Positions 39,372-52,680 of a DNA stretch of 64,000 nucleotides are shown here, one piece after another. Positions within the stretch are counted from its first letter, which is position 1. Every line of letters starts with the position of its first letter. A model generated the notes under the pieces. It was not told the origin of the DNA, did no database searches, and saw only the letters and a list, made by a program, of their open reading frames with translations. Made by a program: the position numbers and the translations under genes. The stretch comes from Podarcis filfolensis (taxonomy: Eukaryota): the NCBI GenBank assembly GCA_964270895.1, contig OZ185437.1; one strand, written 5' to 3'.

Positions 39372-41624
39372 GTAGGTGGCAAATACATTAACAAGAGAAA
39401 ACACATCAAACTTCACAGATGTACCTAGAAGAAATACTATCACAACAAATTGTAGGGACACTGTACTTTGATTGAATCGAAGTCCAGCTGCACTTCAGAT
39501 TACACAGTCATCTGTTAACTGAGATGGAAGAGGGAAATTTAGGCCACTTCTTTCTACCTTGCCTATTGGGTTTTCAGGGCAGCAGGTGCCTGTAACATAA
39601 CTATACTTAATGTACAGTATATATGAAAAAGAACTTGCACCATACTCAGATTAAATGCTGAAAATTAGAACACATGTAGTCCAAGACAAGTAGGTTACTA
39701 GAATAGTGCTTTGAAAAACTGAGTGGTTTATTTGCTTTGCCTCTTGCAAATAAAATAGTTCTGGCAACAGTATGTCAGTGCTCTCTATCTGATGTACCAT
39801 TCTAATTCAACTAAGAATCTTGAGGCACTTTAATTACTAACGTATTTATTGTGTCATAAGATTATGTGGACTAGAGTCTGCTTTGTCACAGGCATCTCGA
39901 GCAAATTTTTTTCCACTCTCAGTTCTATGATCCAAATAGTATGTTATGAAGCGTACAGAGGAAATTTCGGTTTATCTAAATCTAACATTACTTGGAAGTA
40001 TAGGCTCTGCTGAACATATCCATCAACATGTTGTATTGAAAATGATGCAAATTGCCATCTGTAAGGAATAGTTCAGTTGACCAATACTTATGTCAGAAAA
40101 GTGCTTTTTAATCTTTTGAACTGATGACAAATTATGTAGTGTTTTCATAAATTGTGTTGGAAAATATGTCAGAATAAAATAGCATTAGAAATAAGCCAGC
40201 AGCAAAGTACTTCTTCCCTGATTACTAAGAGAAAAACATATATTTTATAATTGATTTCTACTTGCCTCATTTCATCATAATCAAAACTATCTAGCCTCCC
40301 AAAGTTGCTGAAGCTTGACAACTTTTATTGGAATGATGAATTGGAGTTATGAAAGAAAGGTTCTAGTGGAGGAGGTAGACCCTCAGCGAATGTGTTCTAG
40401 GATTGGGTTTAAAACAGAAACAACCAAAAGCAATTAAATGAATAAGCTGCTGGTCTAACTCAAATAAACAGTAACAATTTAATAATTAATGAGAAGCAAA
40501 ATGAATACACAAAGTTTCCTTTTGCAAAATGAAAATTTAAGCACCTTTTATAACACACAAGAAAATCTTTGGAACAATTTCCATGTGATAGTGTAATATA
40601 GTAAATGTACAGTACAGCTGGGGCCATAACTGTGACGGAGGTACACTGAAAACACAGGTCCATTTGAGGAATATAATGAAGTGATTTGGGATGGAGTTAT
40701 TTCTTGGCATTAGTGAAAACAATCTCGCTTTTACATTCGCATAAAGCTGCACAAGTTTCTCTCAGTCTATGGAAAGTGCTTATCCTTCAGTATAGGCATG
40801 ATATTGGGACAGTTGATATCAAGAGTGGAACATGTTCTCCAACCCAAGAACCACATTTTCTTGGGGCCAACCTTCTGGCAACTGCATGCCTGTAGTTTGT
40901 GGGCTCATGGCCAAAACAGGGTGAGACAGTGGCTATAACTCTTACAGTAGTTTGCAATAGTTGACCACATTAGTCGTGCAGAAGCCAGGGGTTTCTGCAC
41001 ACACCCACATACCATGCAGCATCCTGTATCTTGGCAAGCAAGAGGCACTGTCCCAGTTCCAGGCAAAGGCAGTTAAAGGTGCGAAGTAGGCCAGTGAGGA
41101 GTGTAGCAAGAAAGGGGTTATGGCATTGGGAAGGGGGGAAGTTACGAGAGCCAGATAGAAGGCCATGTTTGACCCACTGCCTGGAGGTTCCCCACTTCTT
41201 GTTTATATTTTCATTTATCATAGTACAGTAGAAATAATGGGTTGTAGTGCTAAGGGAAGTGTTACATCAGCACAAGAATTTTTCTCCATCTCCTTCCTCC
41301 TTGTGTCCCTTAAATGTGTTCTGAGGTTTTCCCCAACACTTCAGAATATATTTAGAAATAGTGCAGGTCATGTACAAAGCAAAGGGGCAGGGATGAGTTC
41401 CATTGCACTAGCACTAATATTTAGTTGAATACTAGCACAAATATTTAGTTGAATACTACCCCATGGAATGGAGCTTCTTAAGCACATTTAATTTCCTAAA
41501 TAGTTCTCAGTAAAAATATTATCATCCTTAGCCTATCTAGAATTGCTGATTATTTTGTGTGAGCTTATTGATTGGCCACTTTCATGGCCTTGTTTTGATG
41601 TATAAAGTGCATATGGATAATTAA

Positions 41625-41780
<156 letters not shown>

Positions 41781-42080
41781 TAAGGGATGGAAATCCTTTT
41801 ACAAATAAGTTCCTTCATATAAACTGCCTTTTATCTTTAGCTTGGCAAAAACCAAGCTTTGTGTTTTAACACTACTGTGTCTCCTTGATACTAATTTTCC
41901 TTGAGCTTTTGCAGATTGTGCCCACAAGTTCATTTGTGTCTGAAATAAAAAATCAGATTTAAAAACAATAGCGGACAACTGTCTACAGATATTTGTGCAT
42001 TAACCACTAAACAGATAGTTGTCACTCTCGACAACTCTGATCAGTGTTCTGACAGGTAGCAAACTAATTCTAGGCAACTA

Positions 42081-42298
42081 CAGTGGTACTTTGGGTTAAG
42101 TACTTAATTCGTTCCGGAGGTCTGTTCTTAACCTGAAGCTGTTTTTAACCTGAAGCACCACTTTAGCTAATGGGGCCTCCTGCTGCCGCCGGAGCACGAT
42201 TTCTGTTCTCATCCTGAAGCAAAGTTCTTAACCCGAGGTACTATTTCTGGGTTAGCGGAGTCTGTAACCTGAAGCGTCTGTAACCCGAGGTACCACTG
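42081..42298. mobile_element. Tc1/mariner-pogo MITE
   Basis: TA|CAGTGGTAC...GAGGTACCACTG|TA. Confidence 0.88.
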
Positions 42299-42545
42299 TA
42301 CTTCCCTTTTCCCCCCATAGTTAATTGGCCAACTCAAAAGATAAAATTGACAGTCATTTGTTTGAAAGGAGAAATCACTGTGTGCAGTAGAAACAAAAAA
42401 GCCCTTCATCGTAGCCAGAATCTATACCCATTTTTTTAGAATGCACCTTCATTCCAAAATGAAAATTCTGCTTGTAGGGTCAAAATGAAAGTACTCTTAC
42501 CTGTTGAAGTGATCTTGCACACGTGTATATTTAACTACCTTGCAG

Positions 42546-42672
42546 GGTTGACCAGATTCTTGGAAGGGGACAAATTGCCTCTGATAAAAGAAGTCGAGAG
42601 AAAAATACTGCAGAGAATGAGACAGCTGATGACCTTAGCATGCTAGGACGCGTAGTCAAGGTGGAAAAACAG
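42546..42672 (+). CDS. KCNQ5: KCNQ5 exon 13 (C-D linker, start of helix D)
   Basis: cttgcag|G GTT...CAG|gtaaca; 127 nt; [42 protein letters not shown]. Confidence 0.98.
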
Positions 42673-43039
42673 GTAACATGACTCTCAAAGATCACGAGTC
42701 CCATTTTATTTCATTGATCACTATTTCAGTAATTTAAAACATGTTTGATATATGGAAAGTAAAATAATTTCCTCTGGTATCTACACCAAAGTCATTTCGT
42801 GTGCAAAATTATTCTTCTAAGGTGTCAGTGGCTTTTTGTACTTTTATTCTTCTTTGTTGTGTCAGTGGGACTGTGCCAGTTTTAAGTGAATAGAACTGGC
42901 CTAGAAAACTGTAGTCACAGCATAAGTGCTGTACAGAAATATTTCCACAAGTTCCATACATTTGGGTAAAATTTCACTGGAGCTACTTGAATGGATTCAT
43001 TTTTCACCAAAATTTAACTAGCCTTTCTTTGCAGATATT

Positions 43040-43143
43040 ATGGTTGGCCATCTGTCATGGATGTTTTTAGCTGAGCTTCTTGCATTGCAGGGGGCTGGAG
43101 TAGATGACCCTTGGGTCCCTTCCAACTCTAATATTCTATGATT
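43040..43143 (+). mobile_element. CR1 3' tip just upstream of KCNQ5 exon 14
   Basis: ggttggccatctgtcatggatg...gggtcccttccaactctaatattctatgatt. Confidence 0.85.
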
Positions 43144-43208
43144 ATTTATATGTATGCTTGGTTTATAATATTTGGTATTCATAGACAATTTTCTTCTTCC
43201 ACCACCAG

Positions 43209-44159
43209 GTTCAATCCATAGAGTCAAAATTAGACTCACTGCTAGATATCTACCAACAGGTCTTGAAGAAAGGATCTGTATCTGCACTGACTTTGGCTTC
43301 ATTTCAAATGCCAACTTTTGAATGTGATCAAACTTCTGATTATCAAAGCCCTGTAGATAGTAAAGATTTGTCTAGCTCTGCCCAGACCAGTGGATGTGTA
43401 TCCAGATCAGCCAGTGTCAACATGCCATGTGGCCTACAGCTTATACTGACACCAAATGAATTTAACCCTCAAGCTTACTATGCGTTTAGTCCAACTATGC
43501 ATAGTCAAGCCACACAGGTGCCAAATGATGGACCTGCAACTCTATCAGCTAATAATGCACTAAACCAAATACACCAGACATCTAAGCCAACAACACCTAC
43601 AACGTTACAGATACCACCTTTTTCATCAGTAAAGCATAACAATAGGCTGGAGCCTATACATGTTATTCCCGTGAGCACACAGGAAAATACTTCTGATGTC
43701 ACCGCTTGCCTTGTTGCTTCAAATGATAATGGAAAAATTGCACAGTCCAGTGTGACAAAGGATCTCTCATGGAGAAAAAGCCTTGATACAGAAGGGGAAC
43801 CCTTGGTCTCAGTGAAACCAATAGTACAAATGGATATAGGGAAATCGCTATCTGTTCAAAACCTTATACAGTCAACAGCTGAAGAACTGAATGTACAGAT
43901 TTCTGGTAGTGACACCAGTAGCTCAAGAGGTAGTCAAGAATTATACAGCAGATGGAGGGAATCAAAATTATTTATAACTGATGAAGAATTGGAAGCAGAG
44001 AGAGAAAATGAGACTTTCGAAGGCATTTCCCACCCATTAGTGGAAACGACTCTCTCTACAGACTCTCTAAGGACTGGAATGTCAAGATCATCTCAAAGCA
44101 TTTGCAAGCCAGGGGATGGTGCAGATGCTCTCAGCCTGCCTCATGTCAAACTTAAATAG
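43209..44159 (+). CDS. KCNQ5: KCNQ5 terminal coding exon 14 (rest of helix D, distal C-terminus)
   Basis: ccaccag|GTT; 316 codons + TAG; begins [23 protein letters not shown], ends [11 protein letters not shown]; includes the ankyrin-G-binding-like SKLFITDEE segment. Confidence 0.98.
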   Translation, partial: VQSIESKLDSLLDIYQQVLKKGSVSALTLASFQMPTFECDQTSDYQSPVDSKDLSSSAQTSGCVSRSASVNMPCGLQLILTPNEFNPQAYYAFSPTMHSQATQVPNDGPATLSANNALNQIHQTSKPTTPTTLQIPPFSSVKHNNRLEPIHVIPVSTQENTSDVTACLVASNDNGKIAQSSVTKDLSWRKSLDTEGEPLVSVKPIVQMDIGKSLSVQNLIQSTAEELNVQISGSDTSSSRGSQELYSRWRESKLFITDEELEAERENETFEGISHPLVETTLSTDSLRTGMSRSSQSICKPGDGADALSLPHVKLK

Positions 44160-47100
44160 CATTTTGTGGATTTTGTTCACATGCTGAGTAATCCTTTCAG
44201 TCATACATATCAGAGCATGGACTATTTTGAAAGCCCTTTTAATGATTTTTTAAAAAATTAAATTAATCAGAAAGAAAGGCAGTTGTATGAGTCCATATCT
44301 TTTAGTTGCATGAAAATGCATGTTTAGGAGATGGAAAAATTCAATTTATATCTGCAGTACATTGGTTCTTTCATTTAGTACAGTAGGTATAAATGAGTAA
44401 TCTACAAAACTAATGCTAGAGGTTTATTAAACAACAGATCTGAACATGTAGAAACCATGTTTCTAAAGTACGCAAGTAAAATTCTCAAGATAATAAAAGC
44501 ACTTTGCTTTTGGTTAAAATAAATATTTGCCCTGAATTAGACCACTTATGTTTGCAACAAAAACTACTATATGCAGCTGCTAACGAAGGAACACCCATAA
44601 TAAAAGATTAGAAATGGCTGCTAGTTGCAAGCTTCCTTAGTGTCTGTATCTCTTTGGAGATATAAGACTGAGACAAAGTATTTTGCACAGCACTTTTTTT
44701 AGGTTAGGACTGACCTTTTTCCCCTTTTGCTATGAAATGTACACAATTCCAAGTTATCAGGGATGACCTTCAATGTGAATTTTTCTCTTGTCTCAAACTT
44801 TCTGAACATATTGATGGTCCTCTTGTGAATCTGAAGAATTTTGGCAGAAATCTCTACAAGGGAGAAACAGAAGCTTGCTTCAGATGTAATATCTTCTCCT
44901 TTTATGATGTAGTCAGTCCTCCAGTTCTGAGGCTGAGTGATAGCACAAGCAAAGATTGGGGAGAATAGAAGTACTGTATGAGGTTGGAGAGATAAAAGAA
45001 AAACAGTGGAAAGTAGAACAGGGAGAAAATAGAATAATTATTTTTCAAGAGTTAAGGAAAAAAATAAAAAGAGTATGCACAAGCACAGGTAAAAAAAATA
45101 TGTAGATAGAAAGAAGGAATGAAGGGTTAATCATTTGTCCTCCCCACAAAGACTAAGGAAATACAACTCATCTGACAGTGAAGACTACCTGTCAGATCCT
45201 CCAAGTATTTGTTCTTGGAAGGTGTGCTGGGAAGAAAGAAAGGTTTACAGAACTGCCCGTAGAGGTTTTAACAATGGGAACCTAGAAACGGGTGTGACTT
45301 TCGAATAGATGTTTCAGAACAGTCTTTGTCCCCAAACTCTATCCACAGAGGTTTGTGATTCACAGCTTCCAGGAAATTGAAGTTTCTCCCCCCTCCCCCA
45401 AAAAATGTATTTTACTTCCCAAATTTTATTAAGACTAATGTGAAGCAACAATACTAGTAAATATTTACAATGTCATACCTAAGCTTTGCCACAGAAATCT
45501 TTTAAAAGCCTATAAGCACATTCCAATCTCACTTCCCATTGGTAACAAATATTTCTATTTATTATATCCCCCCCTCCGAAATATACATTCTGTGTATGCT
45601 CATGAGCAGGATGTCCTGTGCTCAACCTTCTCTAGTGATTCCAAAGGCATTCCACAAACTGAAGGATGCCACTACTAGCTCACTCAGAGCATGTGATCGT
45701 TTACAAGCCAGCCCTGCTGAGAATGATGTTATACATAAAAATGTCACAAGAGTCTTAATCATGGTTAAATGCTGCAGATTGTACTGCAAACAATTTGAAC
45801 TGTTTACTCTACATCTGTTGTAGTTTCTGCCTCCATTGTTCTTTTATACAAAATAAATTTCTTGATGTTTCCTCTTAATCTTATGTGAAAGTACAAACAA
45901 ATTGTAAATTGTTTATACTGTGCCATTCATATGATACCTGCAGATGATTAATGCTGTTCTGCAGCTTTTGCTTGGTCAAAGCTCATGGTAAATACAAAGA
46001 GAAGGCACACTGAAGCACATGGCTGTCTTTCACTTCCCACGTAATTTTCTACAGTTTACCATTACAATTTGCTGTATAATTTTTGCTGAAAGTTGATGGC
46101 TGTAAAATGTTTATGTGAACAAAAACAGATTTTCCAGAATATTTACAAGGAGTCACCTAAGCAAAATATATTTACAAGGAGGCAACTGGAGGTGCCTAAA
46201 CAAAATTTGTCCTCCCAACAGATCATTTCTGCCCATCTACTTGTCAAAAGCAGAGCAAAAAGAGGTGTGTTGATGAGTTGCATCTGTTGCAAACTATGGG
46301 GGGAAGGGAGAGGAGCATATAGTTTATGCCTGTCACTCCTTCCTCTGTTATATAAAATATACTTCTGTCAAAACAAGTTCCGAGACAAGAGTTTAAATAC
46401 TTCCTTATTTAGATATCTGCAGTTTATCCAGCCAAAGCTATTTTTCCCTATTAAAAAAAATAGAATACAGACAATAGACCTTTATTTTATGTACTGAATG
46501 TTTAATAGTGCCTTTTTGTGCTTTATGTGAAATCTAGCTTAACAAAGGAGCTAGAGCAAAGGCACAAGGCAAGCAACACGTGTACAAATAATTAGACCTG
46601 CTTCCCATTTTAAATAGATGAACATGCAATATCATTCCATTACGTCTATGGAGACAACAGCATCTAAATGGAGCTCCATTTCAGCTATGGGTTAGAGAGG
46701 GTTGCTACTACAAGGCAACTATGGTTGTCTTGGCTTAGATGATTCACCTACCAGAAATTGCTATTTTTGCCTTAATCAGAGGACATGCTTGAGTCCTCCT
46801 TGTTTTAATTATGCACATAATTTGAAAGTTGGCTACTTTCAAAATACATACAAATCAGGAATACCTTTGCAAAGTTACAGCTAACAATTCGTATTCTCAC
46901 TCCATCCCCAGCACACACACACACCCCTTTGCACTGGCAGGATTTGCAAATGCTATTCTAAATGTACATGGTCTTTTTTCTACTGTTACACTGATTACAC
47001 TGGTACATTTTAAAAAACAATTATGTGAAGGTTTTGCTTTTTAATATGAATGTTCAAGTGTGGATTTCATATATCATCAATGGGAGTTCCTACATGCACA

Positions 47101-47500
47101 ACATAGCATGTGGGTCATCTTTCCTCCTGCTGAAATAATTACCAAATTTTCATGTTGAATACTACTGAACTCACCACAATGATAATGAAGTGTAGGAGCA
47201 GGGACAGAATGAACTTCTCCATTGTTATTCATTGAAGAGCTGTCAATCTCCCTGTGTATTAGAGCATATGAAAGCTGTAAAAACAACAAAACAGGAGGGA
47301 ATAATTTGATCCTTCCGAACGATTTGAGGATTACAATGTAAACGATTAATTTTATTTTGATAGGCATGTCACATGTTCCAAGTTGAAGAAAGAACTGAAC
47401 ATAATAATAATTCTGATGATAGTATCTAAAATATATATTTTCTTCTTGCTCATATGATATAGTTTTATTTAAATAAAGATAACAGTGTTCAAACTTAGAA
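44160..47500 (+). other. KCNQ5: Putative KCNQ5 3'UTR
   Basis: AU-rich, no recognisable TE seen, several AATAAA hexamers and miRNA seed matches. The 3' end is inferred from AATAAA at 47472-47477 and is not proven. Confidence 0.55.
47472..47477 (+). terminator. Candidate distal polyadenylation signal of KCNQ5
   Basis: AATAAA in ttttatttAAATAAAgataacagtgttc with U-rich upstream context. Confidence 0.45.
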
Positions 47501-50500
47501 TTCAGTATATCACACTAACCACAGTAAATGTGTATGAGATATTCATACCTAAACAGACTGCTGTCATTAAATACAATGGCACTTGCTTCTGTCCATCTGA
47601 CCAGACAAATCAATCCAAAACACTTTATAAAACTGTACTGCCCATGAGTTTCTATATGTAGTTCTGAACTATTCAAAAATTCTGTTAGCTTACCTCAACA
47701 AGTGTTGTCAAGGTTAAGAAAATGCAGGTTTGAGCTCCAAGTTTTCCTAAGCATCTGTTTAAAGTGTGAATGACATTGTTCCAATTATTTCCTGAGGAAA
47801 ATAATACTTCCCTAAATTAATCCAGATGTCATGTTGACTCTAAAAATTAATGCACAAATAGTAACAGAAAGCAGATAAATAAAAGTGTTATGCTAAAGCA
47901 CAGTAAAATTTAGCAAAAAGAAAAATGAAATATATAAGCAAAAGCAAGCTGAAGCATGGTGTATAAGTGCTGTATTCAATGGGAATTATTTCTATTAAGG
48001 GCCAAATTACATCACACAAAGGTGTATATGATAGCTTGCTGCCCTTGTTCTCTACAAGATGTACTGGAATGTATAATTGAGCAGAAAAATGAATGTGATG
48101 TGGGGAGGCAGTGCTTAACTCTTTCTGCCTGGTATTTCGACATTCTCAATAATTCCCTCATGAGGCGGCTTATTAAAGAGGGAAACGAACAAAGAGATAC
48201 TGGGCTAATGTGTATGTAATGTGTAGTTTGGCCCTAAAGTTACAATCTTTTATACACTTACATTGGAGTAAGCCCTGTTGAACTCATTCACCAAAGCATG
48301 CCTAAACATGAATGTGTGGGCATCCTGATACAGCAAAGACCGTAACAATTTTGCTTCCCCCATCCCACAATTGTCCTGCTGTTGTGCTACCCAGAGCAAA
48401 GCCATGTTGACTTGGCATTATGCCAAAACCCAGGCTCATGGTTTGTCTCACCCCGTGCAGACCATGAGCTGTAGCTAAGGTTTGTTCTTGGCTTATCTTC
48501 TGAGGTTTGTAAGAGACAAACCAACAGCCCGGATTTGGACATGCTGTATTGCTAAGCCAAACTATGACTTAGTTCCGAGCAGCAGCAGCAGGACTGAAAT
48601 AACTGATTTTTACTGTGAATATCTACGCACTCACTCTTTCATGCTTGGCCATGGTTTGGCTTAGTTTTATGTTTGAACTGGGCCAGGGGGACTTACTTGC
48701 TTCTGAATGCATAAGACTGCAATGCATAAGATTTTGTTGTGAATGTGCTTAGAATCACAGCCTTAGTCCATCCTAAATATATGAACATTTCACACACAAG
48801 AATGTTTTGTTTTCGTTTTTAGAATTGGGGCCTTAATAAATAACCATAAGAAGACCAATTTTGACCTGGTGTGATTCTGTTAACTTCATTGGCTTTATTT
48901 GCAGAATAATTAGATTTGCCTTTCTGAGCTTCAGCACCCTTCTTTACCACAAAATTGTTTTAATATTGTTCAAATTGACTGCAACATCAAAAATTGTTAT
49001 GCCTATTTAAATTGTTTCCTAGGTTTTCATAAAATTTCCAGTAATTCAAACAGATATGGAATACTTCCACAAACAAAACCTTTGGCCATTGGGTGTGTTA
49101 TGAGAAACTAAAACTGGCTAAAATATGAGGGGAAAGTGCCTAAAGATTGGTTGTATGACAGTAATGGAAAAATATAAGGGACATTTCCACTGATGCTAAA
49201 ATGGCTTAAGCCATTATATTAGAATACAATGTTAATTGTAATTTCATGATAAACTGAATCCATATTGTTGTTAATAAAACAGGTTAAAATAACTATAATG
49301 TATATGCTTTTTTCTTTAACTTAAATAAATGCTAGTGGAACACGTCACATAAGTTCGTTATGTCTGAGTCTTCAACCTCTGGTTAGCCACGATGCAGTCA
49401 AAGCTAAGGAATCAGCATAGCAGGTATTGTATGCCATTTGATTCTCCGTTAATCAGTACTGGGGTGTTCTCCTTGGCCTTAGAAGCCTCCTATTACATTG
49501 CTTCCTTTTATATTCCTCCTATTCCATGTTCTATCCCCTCTTCTGACATCGTCTCAGTATTGCCTCCTAATTCCCTGAGGTCCTGTGAACTCAATAGACT
49601 CCCAAGTCATTCTGTGCTGCTCAGCAACCTCACTGCACTATGCACATTGAATGTGAATATTTTAGTCATCAGATGCACCTAAAGATCTCCACAGGTGCTA
49701 GGGTTAAACCACCAGATGTATACTCCCACACAGTAACAGATTACCTACCCATATTAGAAATGCTAACATATTACTGTCTTTATGCACCTGTTTCAACTAA
49801 ACAATATTGCTTACAAATGCACTTTCAACTAAACTCTGTCATAGTGTTTGTCATCCACAGTAGCAGGCGGTGCTTGATGGGATATGTTTGAACTCTCTGT
49901 TGCTTTTCCCACCCCACAATTAGTACTTTCTGAACCCAAGGTCCATTGCAGGCATGAGTGCAAGCATTTGTTTACCTGCCTATGGCCTTTTTTCCATTTT
50001 AGAGTTACAAGTTTTACAATCTGCCAGACTTAAACAAAACTGGGATAAAGTGTGTGTGCACACGTGCCCCACCTGCTGTAGCACATCCTCTCCAAGTTCT
50101 GGAAACCTGAGGTCTATTATGGGCATGCATGCAGATATTGGTTTACATTTGTGCCTGACCAATTTTTAAAAAATATTTCTGAGATACAAGTTTTCCAACA
50201 TACCAGACTTGCACAAAACAGATTAATTTAAAAACAAAAATGATTTTTTGCCATTCTCAGCCTCAGCACTGAGAAGTGCCTCACTAACAACAGTAGAGGG
50301 TGATAGCGCACCCAGAAAAATATTGTCACACATTTTTTTTTTTAAAAAAAAGGCCACCAATGAACTAAGTGCACTAAGGCACTTATGTCCACAGTTATGT
50401 GACTTCCTCGCCTTATAATTCCTCATAATAAATTAAATGGGGAGAATTATGGACTGCCACTTGGGTCCCATCAGTGAAGAGACAAGGGGCCTCCAAACAA

Positions 50501-50775
50501 CTCTCAGCAACCTTAAACTATAGGTCCCAAGATTCTTTGGGGGAAGCCATGTTTCAAATGGTATGATACAACTTTTAATGTACAGGGCAGACGGAGCCTT
50601 GGATGAGGACGCCCTATGGACAACGCAAAAGCACGCACACATGGAATGCAAGAAATAAACTGCCCCGTGTATACAGCACAATTCCCAGCTAAATAGTGGT
50701 ACAATCATAAACGCCCCAAGAGGAGAGCTTTTCTAGAAACTGAGGCAGCAGAGAAGAAAAGCAAGTTTACATGTA

Positions 50776-51002
50776 CAATGGTACCTCTGGTTGCACATGC
50801 TGTGGGTTATGAGCTCCGGTAACCCGGAAGTAGCCGCTCCCAGTTGCGAAACTTGCCCTGGGATGTGAGTGGAAATCATGCACCCAGAGGCGCGTGTGCA
50901 GCGAGAGGTGCACTTTCACTAATGGCTCCTCAGGTTACGAGCGGTTTCCGGTGACGAACAGACCTCCAGAACGGATTCAATTTGTAATCAGAGGTACCAC
51001 TG
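50776..51002. mobile_element. Tc1/mariner-pogo MITE (opposite orientation to 23848)
   Basis: TA|CAATGGTACCTC...GAGGTACCACTG|TA. Confidence 0.85.
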
Positions 51003-51179
51003 TACTGCATGTAGTAACTATGCTTTACTAGATATTTCAGTTAAAAAACTTAATTAGTAGTTAAGACTTACTTAATAAGGTAATATTGGGGCTGGTGCCA
51101 TCATGAGGCCAATTAGGCAGGTATCTAGAGTACAGAACTCAGAGGGGCACAGTATTGACCTTTGAGTTATCTAAACAGG

Positions 51180-51640
51180 AATGTTTTTAGCAGGTACTGA
51201 AAAGTACAGCAAAGCCACCTACTTGATCACAGGTAAACTGGTCCAAAATTGTTAAGGGCTTAATATGCTAACAGTAACACCTTGAATTTGGCCCAGCAGC
51301 AAACCGGCAACCAGTGCAGATCTCTGAGCACAGGTGTTATATGCTGACTAGGACTCAATCCTGTCAGCAATCATGCTGCAGCACTCTGCATTAACTGCAG
51401 CTTCTGCAAGGGAAGCCCCGCATTACAGTGCATTGCAGTAATGCAGTCTTGAAGTAGCCAATGTATGAACTACTGTGGCAAGCTTTTCCCAGTCCAAAAT
51501 AGCCACAGCTGTTGAACCAGTTGGTAAAAGGCACTTCTTGTCACTGAGGCTACCTGAGCATCCAGTAACAGAGCTGGATCCAGAAGCAACCCCAAACTGC
51601 AAACCTGCTCCTTCAGGGAGAGTGCAACCCCATTCAAGGT
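51180..51640 (-). mobile_element. L2 fragment nested in the hAT fossil
   Basis: Minus strand reads VVHTLATSRLHYCNAL (L2 SRLDYCN motif); boundaries approximate. Confidence 0.7.
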
Positions 51641-51642
51641 TG

Positions 51643-51906
51643 TAAAAGGTAAAGGTAAAGGACCCCTGACAGTTAAGTCCAGTCGCGAACGACTCTGGGG
51701 TTGCGGTGCTCATCTCGCTTTACTGGCCGAGGGTGACGTTTGTCCGCAGACAGATTTTCCAGGTCACGTGGCCAGCATGACTAAGCCGCTTCTGGCGAAA
51801 CCAGAGCAGCACACAGAAACGCCATTTACCTTCCCGCCGGAGCAGTACCTTGCTTTCAAACTGCTAGTTTGGCAGGAGCTGGGACTGAACAACATACAAC
51901 GGGAGC
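51643..51906 (-). mobile_element. 5'-truncated Sauria SINE
   Basis: (AAAGGT)n followed by the reverse complement of the Sauria SINE body, with a small internal deletion. Confidence 0.9.
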
Positions 51907-52139
51907 ATTTCTTGGGATTTCTTCCACTAAAGAGGCTACAGGCCCCTTTATGACAGAAACTCTTCTTGGACAGCTTAGCAAGTGGGATTACCATTTGAGA
52001 ATCTGCATGGCCAAGGTTGTGATAATGGGAGTAACATGAAAGGCAAAGAAAATAGCATACAAAATAGAGTCCTAGATATAAACTCATATGCCTTTTTTGT
52101 TCCCTACAAGGCACACTCTTTAAACTTGGTAGTCAATGG

Positions 52140-52295
52140 CTGATTGATTGATTGATTGATTGATTTCATAAAATTTATACACAGCTTGATTGTATTTTTT
52201 TAAACAAACCTCAAAGCAGTAAACAAAAACATAAAAGACAAAGAAAAAAATCACAATCATACTTTAAAACATACAAAAGTTAAGATTAAAATTAC
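52140..52295 (-). mobile_element. (TGAT)n tail plus probable L2-type 3' end interrupting the hAT transposase
   Basis: The hAT frame stops at LVVN(G) and resumes near 52295 (AQCCLEATIFF); the intervening sequence resembles a reversed LINE tail. Confidence 0.55.
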
Positions 52296-52499
52296 TGCTC
52301 AGTGTTGTCTGGAAGCAACTATTTTCTTCAGTTTGGTTCAACAGATCTATAATTATTTCTCTGCATCAACTCAGAGCCGGCAAATTCTAGCTGGCCATGT
52401 ATCAGACTTGGGCATGATTGCTAAGCCATTGAGGGAAACAAGGTGGGAGAGTCGGGCTGATGCTTTGAAACAAATGAAATATCATCTTGGTAGTATATA

Positions 52500-52680
52500 C
52501 AGTGGTACCTCGGGTTAAGAACTTAATTTGTTCTGGATGTCTTTTCTTAACCTGAAACTGTTCTTAACCTGAGGTACCACTTTAGCTAATGGGGCCTCCT
52601 GCTGCCACTGCCGCACAATTTCTATTCTCATCCTGAAGCAAGGTTCTTAACCTGAGGTACTATTTCTGGGTTCGTGGAGT
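52500..52680. mobile_element. One-ended Tc1/mariner-pogo MITE inserted in the hAT transposase
   Basis: TA|CAGTGGTACCTCGGGTTAAG; colinear with the 42081 copy but lacks the far TIR. Confidence 0.8.

Noticed and set aside
41417-41458. Short tandem duplications (also 5678-5708 and 1540-1580)
   Set aside because: Two-copy slippage products with no spacer structure; not CRISPR-like and not otherwise notable.
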